Origin: Geosiphon pyriformis uo1
Lineage: Eukaryota; Fungi; Glomeromycota
Direction of reading: 5' to 3'
DNA: 64,000 nt
NCBI GenBank assembly: GCA_016748015.1
Contig: JAAOMT010000379.1
Span: forward strand, 71,966 to 135,965
Part shown: piece after piece, positions 26,311-39,339 of the stretch
Layout of the letters: every line of letters starts with the position of its first letter
Numbering within the stretch: position 1 is the stretch's first letter
Made by a program: the position numbers and the translations under genes
Notes under the pieces: model-generated
Seen by the model: only the letters and a program-made list of their open reading frames with translations
Databases searched by the model: none
What the model was told of the DNA's origin: nothing

Positions 26311-27299
26311 TGACTTTTGATAAGATAAACAGGTGTCATTTTAATTTTTTCCATTGCTTTAAGTTCACCAAATTTGATTTCATATTTGTCACTTTCACTG
26401 GGTAATAGAATGCTAAGAGCATAGCATTCAGGACACTATTGTTCATCACAAGACATTATGCATTCTTCACATAATTTAATGTTCATTTGCTCTAGCTGTT
26501 GAGCTTGAGCTTTTTTGGTTGAGTAAGTGTGATTTGTGATTTGATAGTACACTTCTACTTCATCTTCATAATCGAATTCAGCTAATTCCAAGATATATTT
26601 GATATATTCAGTTTTTTTTATTTGAAGGACATCTTCTTTGGTTCCTCCATTAATTAAAATTATGGCAAGTTCATAGATCATTTTGGCATCATGGGAGTAA
26701 TGATGAAGTTTGTTGAAGGCGCTATTGTATGTGGCATTGAAAAGTGTTCCACGTTTTACTTTTTCTGCAATAGAAAAAGCATATTGGCAAGTTTGATCGC
26801 AGACTCCTTCTTTAAATGTGACATCAATCCAGTTACATTTATCAGGAAGCTGTTTTCCACAAATAAGACAGGGTGTTCTATCCTATTTTCTGCTTCTTTT
26901 AATTAAGTGGCCCCATCATTCTCGATAGCAGACCTTGCAGTAGTAGCAGGTATGACTTTCATATTCTTTCTCAGGTGAAATACAAGCTCCCATTGATGAT
27001 AGTTTCTTGTAACAGTCCTTATATTTAAAGAGAATGTAGAGGTATTGTTTCCTTGATTCAGGCTTTGAGTAAGAGATATTCTATCCTGGGGTTTCAGGTT
27101 CAGAGTGTGGAGTAAAATGTTCTTGTTCAGTTTCTTTGGCCCAATTAGACATTGATCCAAGAGCCATAAATGTTTTGATTATTGGTTTTTCTTCTTCTGA
27201 TTCAAATTCAAAAGCCGGGGCTTTTTCGGAGCATTTGTTGAATGTACCACAAGTGGCAGGTACTTGGACATATTGTCTTTGGTAAGAGATTTGTAGTTC

Positions 27300-27620
27300 T
27301 TGGGTTTTCCAATCTAATTTTGCATTGGTTTTTTGAAGCCAGTCATTTCTGACAAGGGCTTGATACTGAGGAGTGTTCATTACAAGAACTTTAATTGGAA
27401 TGGTAATTCTATCAAGAGTGAATAGAAAATTGTCAATTTCTCCTACTGGAGTCTTTTTTATGCCATCGACAGTGACAATTACTGTTTAAGCTGGTTGGTC
27501 AACATTTCTTTTTAACTGTTGCATCAACTGGTAAGTAATAATACTTCCAACAGATCCACTGTTTAGGATTAAGCAAATTGTCTTTCCTTTAACTTCAGCT
27601 TCAGTATACATAGCTGTGAT
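27300..27620 (-). pseudogene. Gypsy aspartic protease
   Basis: ICLILNSGSVGSII (DSG mutated to NSG) and ALVRNDWL (cf. LLGxDWL). Confidence 0.85.
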
Positions 27621-27899
27621 TGCTTTTTGTTCATTTGCAGCAGTATTGCTGAGTAGAAATAGGAATTCATTGACTTTGAACTCAAAAGAAAAAATATCAG
27701 AGAGATTGGCATTTTTGGCAATTCTGGCTGGTGGAATAGTGGTGTGATTATGAGAAGGATTTTGTTGTTGTGCTGCAACTCTATCTTCCAAGAGTGCAAT
27801 ATGGTAAAAATTCTGTTCTTCTGGTATTGTTAAATAACTGGGTTGAGTATGATAGTGGTTGGGTCTTGGTTGAACAGAATTTCGGAGAACCAATTGGTT

Positions 27900-28940
27900 G
27901 TTCGAACTGATTCTATTGTTGTTTACTTGGTATCAGTTTTGTGGTGTGAAATTATTTTGTGTAATCAATCTTCAAGCAGGTACCTGATAATATTGTGTGG
28001 GTGGTTGTTGGTATTGCTGTTGGATTGGCTGTGGGATGGGCTGATAATAGTTATTTTGGTATTGAGGTCTTGGTAGATAGTAAGCTGATAGTAGTTAATA
28101 ATAAGATTGCTGTGGTGGAAGGTAATGTTGATTATTCCTCTGTTGTTAGTCTCATTGCAATTTTTTACAATCACATTTTCAGTGTTCTAGAATTCCACAA
28201 TAATGACAATTTTGGATTTGGTTGTTGGATGGTGGTCCAAAGTTGTTTTGATTGTGTCATTGTGGGAGTTGATATCTTTGTGGCTGTTGTAATTGCTGCA
28301 GCAGCTGTTGTTGCTGTTGGTTGGTAAAGTAGTTTTTGACTTTTTTGATTAATTGGTCAATCTTTTTTTCAGCTGCTGAGCTGGTTTCTCCAATAGCCAG
28401 GTTAACAAATTTGGTACAGTTGGCTTCTTCCATAGCCATTTCATAGTTTTTCGCCTGTTGAATAGCAGTGGCTAAATCTTTTGGTGTATGTAGGCAAACT
28501 TTTTTAATAAGTTTGTCTTTTAGTCTAGCAATGAATTGGTCCAAGATTTGTGTATTGGAGTAGTATTCATTAGTTTCCAATTGGCGAATTCTTCTAAGCA
28601 GTTTGTTGAATTTCCCAAAATAGGTCATAACTGATTTACTTGGTTCTTGCTTGATATTTCGAAACTGATTTCGAAGGGTAATGGAAGTGTTATTGTTAGT
28701 GAACTGTTCTAGAAAAGCAGTTTTGAATGCTTCCCAGTGTTCTGGTGGGACTTTCAAGTTTTCAAACCATTTACCAGCCATTCCTTATAAGAAGTATGGA
28801 ATTGCTTTTAACATTCTGGCAGTATTTCAACCATTTGCATCTTCTGCTTTTGAGACTTTGTCAAGCCATTCTTAAGGACTGGTTTTGCTGTCTTCTTCTG
28901 TGAACTCAAGAATTTTTGCAATATATGTGGAGGCCATTTC
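27900..28940 (-). pseudogene. gag: Gypsy gag (capsid domain, zinc knuckle, Q/N-rich linker)
   Basis: AGKWFENL..WEAFKTAFLEQF..LRNQFRNIKQ..SVMTY; knuckle CHYCGILEH*KCDC at ~28168-28210. Confidence 0.85.
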
Positions 28941-29685
28941 TTCTTTATTTTCCAAGTCTTCTGTTTCTTGTTCTGCTTCAGTTTCTTCACTTTCCAAACT
29001 TTCTGAATAATTACTTTCATTTTCCCATAGGTAATCAAGAAGGTTGGCGCTAGTTGAGATTGGTTCTTGTTGTTAAATAGGGCTTTTAGGTGACTGAAAA
29101 TCTTTTATTCTTGAAAATTAAATAAGAGATGAATTTGGTATTTGTGGTTAAGCAAGTGAAATTGGAAATGGTGTGATAGAAAGTGGTAATTTGATGCTGG
29201 TTCCTTGTTCAAGTGTTTGCAAGTGTTTGGTAGTTGTCTTTGTCAGTATTGGAGTGTTTGGAATGGTTTTTGAGTGTTGTTTTGCTTTTTGTTTGCCTTT
29301 GTTGCTTATTTTTGTTTCTGATTCAGAGTCAAAAGAGTATTTGGACTGCACTGGATATTTTTTTTTGCAATACTTGATAATGTTATAATTGAGTTCTTAG
29401 AAGTAAGTGGCAAAGTGTTTCACTGTTAAAGTCTTCAGTTCCTAATCATGAATAGTGCACTAAATTATTGTAGAGGTTGCTTCTAATTTCTGAAATGTTG
29501 TAATTTCCAAAAAAATAATTGTTAATATGATTTTTAATATATAAGTAAAATGTTTTCTTGACAATTTCAATTCCGTCTGGAATGTTGAATCTTTGCTTAC
29601 AATGGGTGTAAATTGACTGGTAATACTCTAGAGTTGCTGTGTCTGGTGTGGTCATCACTTTGAATTTTGTTGTTGCTGTGTTATT

Positions 29686-29702
29686 TCCGTAGGAGAGCAC
29701 CA
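29686..29702 (-). promoter_or_regulatory. Primer-binding site of the Gypsy element
   Basis: TGGTGCTCTCCTACGGA begins 2 nt inside the 5' LTR and is complementary to a tRNA 3' end ...GAGAGCACCA; tRNA identity not determined. Confidence 0.8.
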
Positions 29703-29704
29703 AA

Positions 29705-30684
29705 TGTTACCGGAGGTTTTTGGTCTCTTTTCTTAAATGTTGTTTATGCCTGTTTGCTGTGAATTCACGTTTTCTGGATGTGGTTGAACCTCCAGTAACT
29801 GAATTTATCTTCAAATTATCTCCTATAATTTGAACTGCTGGGCTTAGAGTAAAATGGCCAATTCTATGCCAATTACTTGACTGTAGTTATGTTGTAGTAA
29901 ACATCAACTTTTTTCCAAAAATTGCTTGTCTGGAAGCTCACTAAAAATGTGTAGTTACTTTGTTGTAAAAGTCAACTCTTCTACAGGAATCTTGTCTGTA
30001 GGCTACCTTAATAATTGTAATAAGAAAAAAACAGAAAAATAAAAGAAATGTAAAAGAAATAGGATTTTATCAAGGGAAACATTTTCTATTCAGGCCTGGA
30101 GTCACTAACAGTTTACTGAAATTGGTAGCTAATCAATTTCAAAACATTAGTTGGGTTTTTAGAGATTTTCCAAGTGTAATAATTAAAGAATTTGGTTTTT
30201 CGAATTTTTTGATATTTATTTCTTTTTGTGTGTATAGGAATGGTTCTAAGTGCTAAATCTAAAGTAAGATATATTTTCTCAAAAAGAAAAGCTCTTTTTT
30301 TATACAACTTGTCATAACACTATTTTATGAACTTGAACTTTGCTATTTTTTACAATTTTGCTAAACTAAAAATATATTTTGGCAAACTACAAGTTATTTT
30401 TGCAAACTATTAAATATTTCAGTAAACTATCAATTATTTCGGCAAATTTTTACAAATTTTGGTGAACTTTTTGAATGTTACATAGTTCAGAGTATTGCAT
30501 AATTGATCATCGCAATTAGGTTACATTTATGTTATGTGCAAATTGGGTTATTAATTAAATAATAATTTCAGACATTCTGCTAATGTAATAAGTGATAATT
30601 TGAATGATAATATATGCTAATTAATAATAGGAATTATAAAGATAATTTCATGCTAAATAATATCTCTAATTTTGTCTAATAACA
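29705..30684 (-). repeat. 5' LTR (~980 bp)
   Basis: TG...CA ends; direct repeat of 21554-22278. Confidence 0.9.
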
Positions 30685-30688
30685 ATAC

Positions 30689-33600
30689 ACCTTTGGATTA
30701 TATGGGGAATGACACTTTTTCTGGTGTAATACATTTTATTAGTATAAGTAAGTTGCTTTTGGTCATTGGTGGTTTATTTGATGAGAAGGCTGCTGGCTTA
30801 TTTGGCATCCCTAATGAGTTGTGGAAGCATGGTGGTGATGTAGTAATAAGTTGCCTGTTGAGACTGGTGAATGTGTACTTGAATATGAGTGGTGTGTCTG
30901 TCCTGTGGAGAAAGGCATAGGTTTCGATGATTCCAAAACCCTATGACTGGAATGGAGTTCTTATAAACACTCACTCTATTGCGTTAATTGAGACTTCGAG
31001 AAAGATTCTTTTGACCATATTTTATTTGTTTGCAGTAAATTTGGTGTTCTCCAAAGTGATAACTTTTCTGTGCTAAGGGGCACTTCTACACAGTCTTTAG
31101 TATTTGCTGTTGGGTCTGTTGTTAAAGATGCTCTTGAAAAAAACAGAGAAATTTGGTTGGTTTTATAAGATATATGAAAGGCTTATGATTTTGTTAGTTG
31201 ATACTATCTGAAGACTAGCTTGCTGCAGATCAAGATATATGACAGATTTATAAAATTTTTTGGTAGTATACATGAGAATAGAATTAATAAAGTCATGACT
31301 AATTTTGGTCTGTCTGATGGCTATAGGGTATATGATGAGTTAGATCAAGGCAAAGTTTTTTCACCTCTGCTCTGGAGGATATTTTATGATCCCCTTTTGT
31401 GTGAGATTAAGAGACATGAACATTTGTGTGAGTACTGGATTGATACCAAGTTTGTTTCAAAGTCAGAGAAGATTGAGAGTTGTGATGGGATGACATCTTA
31501 CTTTGCAGCTGGTGCAATTGTTGATGACATGATTTGGGTTGGGAGCTGTCAGACTTTGACTCAATATGCTTTGAATATTGCCAGTAAATTTTTTGAGGTT
31601 AATGGCATTTCCATCAACAATGATAAGACAGTTGCTATCCCCATTAATTAAGGCATTAAAATTGCTTCTTTGAATATTTGTGGTTAGCCAATTTCGATTG
31701 CCAAAAAAGGTGAAGTGCATCATTATCTAGAAATTTTTTTGTTTATTAAGGGACTGTTCAAGCCAAGTGTTGCCAAAGCTCATTCTGATGTTTGTTTTTT
31801 TGTTAATGTTGTGTTGAAGAAGACTATTACTGATAAGCAGTTTTCATATTTGGTGTTAGTGGTCTTGCAGCCTATTGTTAGCTATCAGATTCAGTTCAGT
31901 TTTGTTTCATCAAATGTTTGTCACAAGTGGGATGTCATAATTAGGAAGGGTCTAAAGCTTAAGGCCTGTCTTTCCTGTGACTTTCCCAATGTGGCTTTAC
32001 ATTACTCTTTGTTGTATGGTTTGAAAACCTTTGAGCAGGTTCAGTTTGAGAGTAAATTAGCTACTGTGGTCTTTTTTTCTAATGCTTTGGGCATTCTGGG
32101 GCACTTGTTCAATTATAGATTTTTGGACTTGCAGATTATGGGCTGGGCTCTTTTTAATCTCTTACAGTTTCCTGTCAGGTTACGTGTTAGTTCTGTGAAC
32201 AATTTTTTGGCTGGTATAGTAAAAATTTTCTTGTACAATAAACTGTCTTTGGTGAATAACCTGCCTAATGCCTTCCATAGTCCTGGTGTTTTTCCTATGT
32301 TGATGGTATTGGGAAACACTTTTTACTTCAGTTCTGTGCACTCTTTAAAGTATTTTGGTGTTGTATTTGGTGACAGGCTGCTGGATAAAAAAGGGCAGGT
32401 AATAGACTAGAAAACTTTTTGGCAGTAAAAAAAGCTTAATCTGAGAGATTCTGTCCCTTTCTGGTTCAGATAAACATCTCAATTTCTATGTACTAATGGC
32501 TCAGTGTTATCAAATATAGCACAGACTAATCAACTTCATGGTTTAAACATTTTAGATTCTCAGGAGTTTTTTGTTGTGCAGAGTAGCTTGCACGAGATTT
32601 GGTCTAGTTCATTTGACGTTTTTACAGATGATTCATTAAAAAATTTTGGCTCAGCTAATGTTTTCAGTGGTACAGCTGTGTACTTTTCTGCTGTGGATCT
32701 TAATCTTGGAATAAGGGTTTGGGGTTTGTTGTCTTTTACTTTAGCCGAGTTGCAAGCCATAGCTTTGGCACTAGAGTGCTGTTCATCTTTTTGTATGGTA
32801 GTGGTGCATACTGACAGTCAAGCTATCATTGATGCTTATGTATCTGAAATGTTTACTGCTGTTTCCAACTTCCGTGCTTTATGTTGGGTAAAAAGGCATC
32901 ATATTTTCAATTTGGTTTACGAGAAAGATCTCAATGTAAAGTGAATAAAGGTTAAAAAACATTCTGGGGTTTGTGGCAATGAGAAAGCTAATGCTGCAGC
33001 TGGTATTGCTATATGCTCTCAGTTTTTTTTGCCAGTGGGAGTTCATGAATGATTCTTGATAGCTAAGAACACGGTTGTATTTGGTAATGCCTGGTATTTT
33101 GTTCAAAATTTGTACAGATTTGTTTGTCATGCTCATTGGGAAGCTGGGGCTGGTCATGATATTATCTTGAGTGTGTTGATTGGAAGTGTTGACTGGAAGG
33201 CCACTTCAAAAGTCTTCTATTCTACATTTGTATTTGATGAAAGCTGTTCACTGACAGTTCTCAGTAGCAGTTAAAAAAAAATTGTATAATAAGAGCTATC
33301 CTGATGTGCAGTGTTTGCTTTGTGGTGAGATGAAACTGCTTAATCATGTCTTTTTGTGTGCCTTAGATGTTGGTGTTTGGGAGGAAATTCTGGCTGAAGC
33401 TTCTGCTTTATGGATTTCTTTGGTAGAGGTTAATTTTTTGTCTTCTTCTGCTGTTTTGTGGTTTCTTGGTCTTTGTTCTTCAGACATTGGTCTATACTCG
33501 GTTGTGTGTAAAAGATTTGTCATGAAGGATTGGTGTGCAGAAGCTGTTGGAGTTTTTAATAATAAGAAAGAGGCTGTGAGTGTTGTTGTCAATTATGTGA

Positions 33601-33995
33601 GACGTTTTGTTAAGTTGCATTGTTCTAGAATTTGGCTGGTGAGATCTAAGTATAGGGTAGATATAGAGAGGACTGGTTTGGTTAGAGATGGTAAACTGGT
33701 GTCAGGTCTCACACAGTGTATGGTGCAGATAATATTAGATAGTATAGTTAGAATGCTTAGCATTGCCAATTTTTTTACAGTTAGCTTTGGGTGTCATAAG
33801 TCTTGTCTTTTTTTTTCTGAGTTGGATTGTGATTCATGTGTTATTATAGGTGTATAGTAATGTTTTGTCTGGCCCAAGTGGCTGGCCACATATAGCAAGC
33901 ACATAAACCATATTTAGTTTGAGTCTCTTAGTATGGCTTTATGTATTAGATAATAGTTAGATTTTATTCATTAAATGCATTTAATAAAAAAATAA
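30689..33995 (+). mobile_element. LINE 3' half: RT, RNase H, C-terminal zinc finger, 3' UTR and A-rich tail
   Basis: QGKVFSPLLW and AIVDD (RT); VFTDDSL..AELQAIALAL..HTDSQA..KKHSGVCGNEKAN (RNase H); CLLCGE..HVFLC; stop at 33857; A-rich tail at ~33985. Confidence 0.92.
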
Positions 33996-35849
33996 AAATA
34001 AAAATTAATATAAAAAAATTATTGGCTAATATATATATTAATTAATAAAAATTTTTTTAATTATAAAATTTTTTTTTTCAGTTATAAATTAATTTGAATT
34101 TATATTTATTTTATATAAATTATTATTATTAATTATAAAATTTAATATTTAATATTTTATTTAATTTTAATATATAAATCTTATAAGTTTTACAAAATTA
34201 TTTAAAATTATATTAATATTTCAAATTATTTATAAATTATATTTTAGTTTTTTTATATAAATATTTTTATTACTTTTTGGTTTTTGTTTTTACATATTAT
34301 AATATAACAAAACTCAATAAAATATTTATTATTTAGATTATTAAATTTAAAATAAATACTATAAAAAAAAGTTTAATTAAAAATAAAAACATTTCAACTT
34401 TTAATTTTGTAAAAAATCTTATTAAAAATTAATTGTAAATAACAATAAGATATTTAATTAAAACATTAAATTAACATAGATTTACATATAAGTTGTATTT
34501 AATATAAAATATTTTATTGTTAAATTTATTTAAACAATGGTTAATTTATATTATATGCAAATAAATAGACCATAATTTACTAAATTTATTATTTATTTAT
34601 TAAAAAATTAGTTTTATTGTATTTAAATTCAATTATTTTGTTGATAATTGACAAACTATTACAGATATTACTTTAAAATTTAATTAACATATTTAGTTTT
34701 AATTATTAATTTAAAAATAAAACTAATAATCCAAAATTATTTTATTTGAAAAACTATAAAGTTTAATAATATTTTGGAAAATTAATTGAACAATATTTTT
34801 AAAGATTAACGTTTTTTTATATATTATTATAGTTTACCAATTGATTATTATAAAAATCGAATCTTTTTTATTAATAAAAAACAAATCTGTTATAAAATTT
34901 ATTTATATAATAACTTAAATTTTTAAAACACTTACATTCTTTTGTATTGTAGAAATAATAAAAAAAGTATATAATAAGTTAATTAAAATAACTTAAATTT
35001 ACTAAGATGTTTTTTGTTATAATATTAATAATTTTTTAAGTAGATATTTATTTATTATTTTAAAAACATTAATTAACTTAATTTTGTGTTTTTTTAAATT
35101 ATGCAACTATAACCAAAAAACTTAAAAATAACAACATAAAATAAACTTTTTATAATATTAAAAATTAATTAAAAAGTTTTTATTTAATATTCTCAAAAAT
35201 AATAAATTGATTAATAATAATTTTTAATAATATAAAATAATATTTATTTATAATCAATATATTTTGTTAAATTGTTAATTTTTATTAATAAAACAAGAAA
35301 TAATATTAAAATTAATTAAAATTATTACAATTACATTAAAATTTGATTTAAATATTTAAATATTTACAAAATAATTAAAATCTTAATAAAAACTTTTGTT
35401 TTTATTAGAATTAAAACCAAAATAAAACTGATTAATTAACATCTTCTTTTTTCAATTTACATTAATAAAATTTTTAAATATATGTTTAATTAACTTGTAA
35501 TTAAGCAAAAAAAAATTTATATAAGTATTTTTTAGCTGAATTATCTAAAAAGCTTAAACATTTAAATAAGATAAATTTATTTTATAAAAATAATAAAAAT
35601 ATATATATATAATACAGCAAAACAAATAAAACTATATAACAAATAATTAATTAATTAATCCAAAAAGTATTTAATAATTAATGTTTAATCTACTTAAAAA
35701 CCAAAAATTAGTTTAATTTTTTATATATATTTGAATATTTTTTTTAAATCTTATTATTAATTAACCAAATTAGTAAGTTAATTAAATATTCCAAAATATC
35801 TATTGAATTTTCTTAGTATATTATAGCTTATAAGAAATAACATATAACT

Positions 35850-36340
35850 TTTTTCACAATAAGCCTATATTTAATTATATTATAATTATATTATAAATAA
35901 ACACTCTATCAAAAATTTATATTAAATAAGTTAAATTAAAAATATCTATTTAAGTTTTTACAATTGCCGTTTTTAAAAAATGAGAAATTTTAATATTAAA
36001 AACTTTGTGTTAAATATTATGTTAAATAGTAAATTAAAAACTTATTTTATTCAATATAGAAATTTTTGTAATATAAATAATGTATAATTTTTTCACTGTA
36101 AGCCTACATTTGATTTTTTGAAACCAGATAAATAGAAAAAAAGCTAGTTTTTATTGTAAAAAAGTGGCATTCTATTTTTTTTTGATTATATTACAAATAA
36201 ACACTTTATTAGAAATTTATATTAAATAAAGTAAATTAAATTATCTTTTAGGTTTAAGTTTTTACAATTGTTATTTAGAAAATAAAAAATTTCAATATAA
36301 AAAACTTTGTGCTGAATATCCTGTTGACTAGTGAATTAAA
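35850..36340. repeat. Degenerate ~300-bp direct duplication
   Basis: aacact..aaatttatattaaataa..taagtttttacaattg..aaactttgtg occurs at ~35900-36035 and ~36200-36340. Confidence 0.6.
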
Positions 36341-36473
36341 TTAATTCAAAAAACTGGTTATATTAATGAAATAATCTAATCCCAAAGTAATAAAATTAAG
36401 AGTCGTATTTTAGAAATCACTTTGGACTCAAACATTTTATGAACTTAACAGCTTTTTTATATTGTATTATCTA

Positions 36474-36492
36474 AATAATAATAATAATAATG

Positions 36493-36552
<60 letters not shown>
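36474..36552. repeat. (AAT)n microsatellite
   Basis: Directly visible. Confidence 0.95.
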
Positions 36553-36557
<5 letters not shown>

Positions 36558-38179
36558 CTACAAGAAAATTTTCGGAGAATTTCCAATCTTTAACTTTTTT
36601 AGCTTTGTTTATAGATTCTTATATAACTAAAGTAGTTGTGGAGGAATCACTGAAAGAATATATATTAATATTCGTATTGTTTAGCTCAGGTTGGGCAAAC
36701 ACATATGAATCATCATTGATTCACATGTAACTTAAAACAAATTATAGGGTAAATTGCTTATCCTAAAGGTGGCAATAATACTAATAACCTTAGATTGCAC
36801 CTGGTTATTTTTAATAATAAAAGACATTTGTCATGGTTTAATTTAATCTTTAATTGAAAGTTCGAAATATATGCACAAATGGGTTGCCAAAAAGATTTGG
36901 TGAAAACAAATTTTAACTGATAAAAACACCCAAGAAAGAGAATATGTTTGTCAATTATTATTGGACAGTATTTGTGTTAGAAATTGTTTTAAGCGATTGG
37001 AATTAATGATTATTTAAGAAGAAACAATAGTGATTAAACATATATTGTTGATAACCATTCTGAAGATCAAATTCTCCAGGAAATCAAGCAATAAGAAAGG
37101 TGCTAAAACACCTAAAATCCAATCAGTTTTTAATGAAGTAAACTGATTCAAATGGCTAAATTAGCTTAAAACTCACAAGTATTCAACCAAAGAGGATTAA
37201 AGACATGTTATTTAGAAAAAATCCTGTTTAAGCAATGATTCGTNNNNNNNNNNNNNNNNNNNNNNNNNNNNNNNNNNNNNNNNNNNNNNNNNNNNNNNNN
37301 NNNNNNNNNNNNNNNNNNNNNNNNNNNNNNNNNNNNNNNNNNNNNNNNNNNNNNNNNNNNNNNNNNNNNNNNNNNNNNNNNNNNNNNNNNNNNNNNNNNN
37401 NNNNNNNNNNNNNNNNNNNNNNNNNNNNNNNNNNNNNNNNNNNNNNNNNNNNNNNNNNNNNNNNNNNNNNNNNNNNNNNNNNNNNNNNNNNNNNNNNNNN
37501 NNNNNNNNNNNNNNNNNNNNNNNNNNNNNNNNNNNNNNNNNNNNNNNNNNNNNNNNNNNNNNNNNNNNNNNNNNNNNNNNNNNNNNNNNNNNNNNNNNNN
37601 NNNNNNNNNNNNNNNNNNNNNNNNNNNNNNNNNNNNNNNNNNNNNNNNNNNNNNNNNNNNNNNNNNNNNNNNNNNNNNNNNNNNNNNNNNNNNNNNNNNN
37701 NNNNNNNNNNNNNNNNNNNNNNNNNNNAAACGGACCGACCCTCTCAAAGCGGAAGAAGTTACAACGACATGCCAAGAAGGCGAAGGTCGAGATTTTCTAC
37801 AATCCGGTTAAAGTAAGTTAAATTATATAGTTAATATTTTTTAGCGGCTTCGAGATACATTGCATATATTGTTCGACAGTTGAACTTGAAGTATAGGGGC
37901 AATCATTCGCCTTTCGAGGCAAAGTCTAGGGGCTGATTGAACCCTCCCTCGCAAAGTTTTACTTTATATATTTTACCTTCAAGAATGGGTTACCAAATTA
38001 TTATTGTCCTTTAGCAAGGAGAGAAAGATCCGATACGCTTTCTAAAACCTCCGAGCTATTTATAGGATGAGAAATTTTTTGTGTGTATCCTTCTTATTCT
38101 TTTTGAAATCTATAACTCCTTGAAATATATTACCCCTTTAATATCTACATATATTCATATCTATTATATATTTTTTTCT

Positions 38180-39339
38180 TTGCACAAAACACAAGCGGAG
38201 ACTTGCAAACTTACAAAAAAAAGAAATCCGTGATTATATTCGGTCATGTTGGGTTTATGAGGACATTAAACCTGACGATCTTATCGAAAAACTTTTCGAA
38301 GATAAATTTCAAAGACATTACCGAAATAAATTCAACCGATTTAATTTCCAATGACAATAAAGAATTCTCGGTACCCACTCAATATTTAGAGTTGTTGGAG
38401 TATGAAATTTTTCACGCTAGAGACCCTTTTAGATCAAACCTCTTCAGAACTGTGGAAAAAGTTTGAACAGTGGGCAGGTTTTGAAAAGAATAAAAATTTC
38501 GACATCATTGCTATCACCTATGGAAAAAAAACAAAGCACGCATACGAACTACATATGGAAGCCCAAAAAAGTCCTATGGAACTTTATGATATCCCGAATG
38601 TGTTCCTATGCCGTCCGAACGATAAACTTTTTATAGCGAATGAAGCAACTAAGAAGATTGCGGGTGACGTTCATCTAGACGGTTACAAGTATGTTTCTAA
38701 ACCTAGGTGTTTTAAAAATGCAATTGGTGAAACGATGATAGATTTCTTCGATCTCAACAACCACCTGGCCGTAAAGACTGCACGAGTGATAGTAGATCAA
38801 CATTATAAACAAACCTTAGTGAGCCTTCTCATCGATCTAACCAATTCATCAAGGATTTAATAGAACATTTCGGTTGTTTTACCGATAATAATAATATACC
38901 ATATGTCACTTCGAATCCTGCTTTTACACATTCCCAGGAGCATCGTAAGTGTGTTCAGGATTTGATTCGAGGACTTCAGCCACTTTCCGACGCAGTAAAC
39001 AATTATATTAACAACGCATATCCAGCATTATACGCTAAAATGAAAAAACTCAACTTACGTCTTAACACTCCTAAATTTTTTGGAGCCTTCCCCACTATTA
39101 GTATTAACTTTAATAGCATCTGCCAATTTCATCGAGATCTAAAAGATCATCTTAATACACTCTGTATCGTCTGCCCTCTCAGAACGTTTGAGGGTGGGCA
39201 TCTAGCATTTCCTGAACTAAAGTTGGCAGTTATGGTGAAGCAAGGGAAAATGAATAAAGCGGGATATAGCGATTTGTCTTCGGCTAGGAAATTAAAAATT
39301 TTTTCTAGTTATTCAGGCCATAGTAAATACAGTATATAA
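38180..39339 (+). pseudogene. TET/JBP-type 2OG-Fe(II) dioxygenase, copy 1 (CpG-retaining, C-terminally deleted)
   Basis: GAFPTISINFNSICQFHRDLKD..FEGGHLAFPELKL shows the HxD motif in DSBH context; frameshifts at ~38430 and ~38815; the segment with the distal His and RxS is missing after KQG (~39245). Confidence 0.75.

Larger units (their letters stand above)
21554..30684 (-). mobile_element. Ty3/Gypsy LTR retrotransposon with dUTPase, inserted into the LINE
   Basis: TGTTA...TAACA termini; 4-bp TSD ATGC (21550-21553)/ATAC (30685-30688), whose removal restores LINE QYAPLDY; LTR direct repeats; gag-PR-dUTPase-RT-RH-IN order on the minus strand. Confidence 0.95.

Noticed and set aside
18130-33857. 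Alternative genetic code (TGA/TAG readthrough) to explain the frequent stops
   Set aside because: Stops of several types occur at Trp/Gln/Arg positions together with frameshifts and mutated catalytic residues, consistent with mutational decay.
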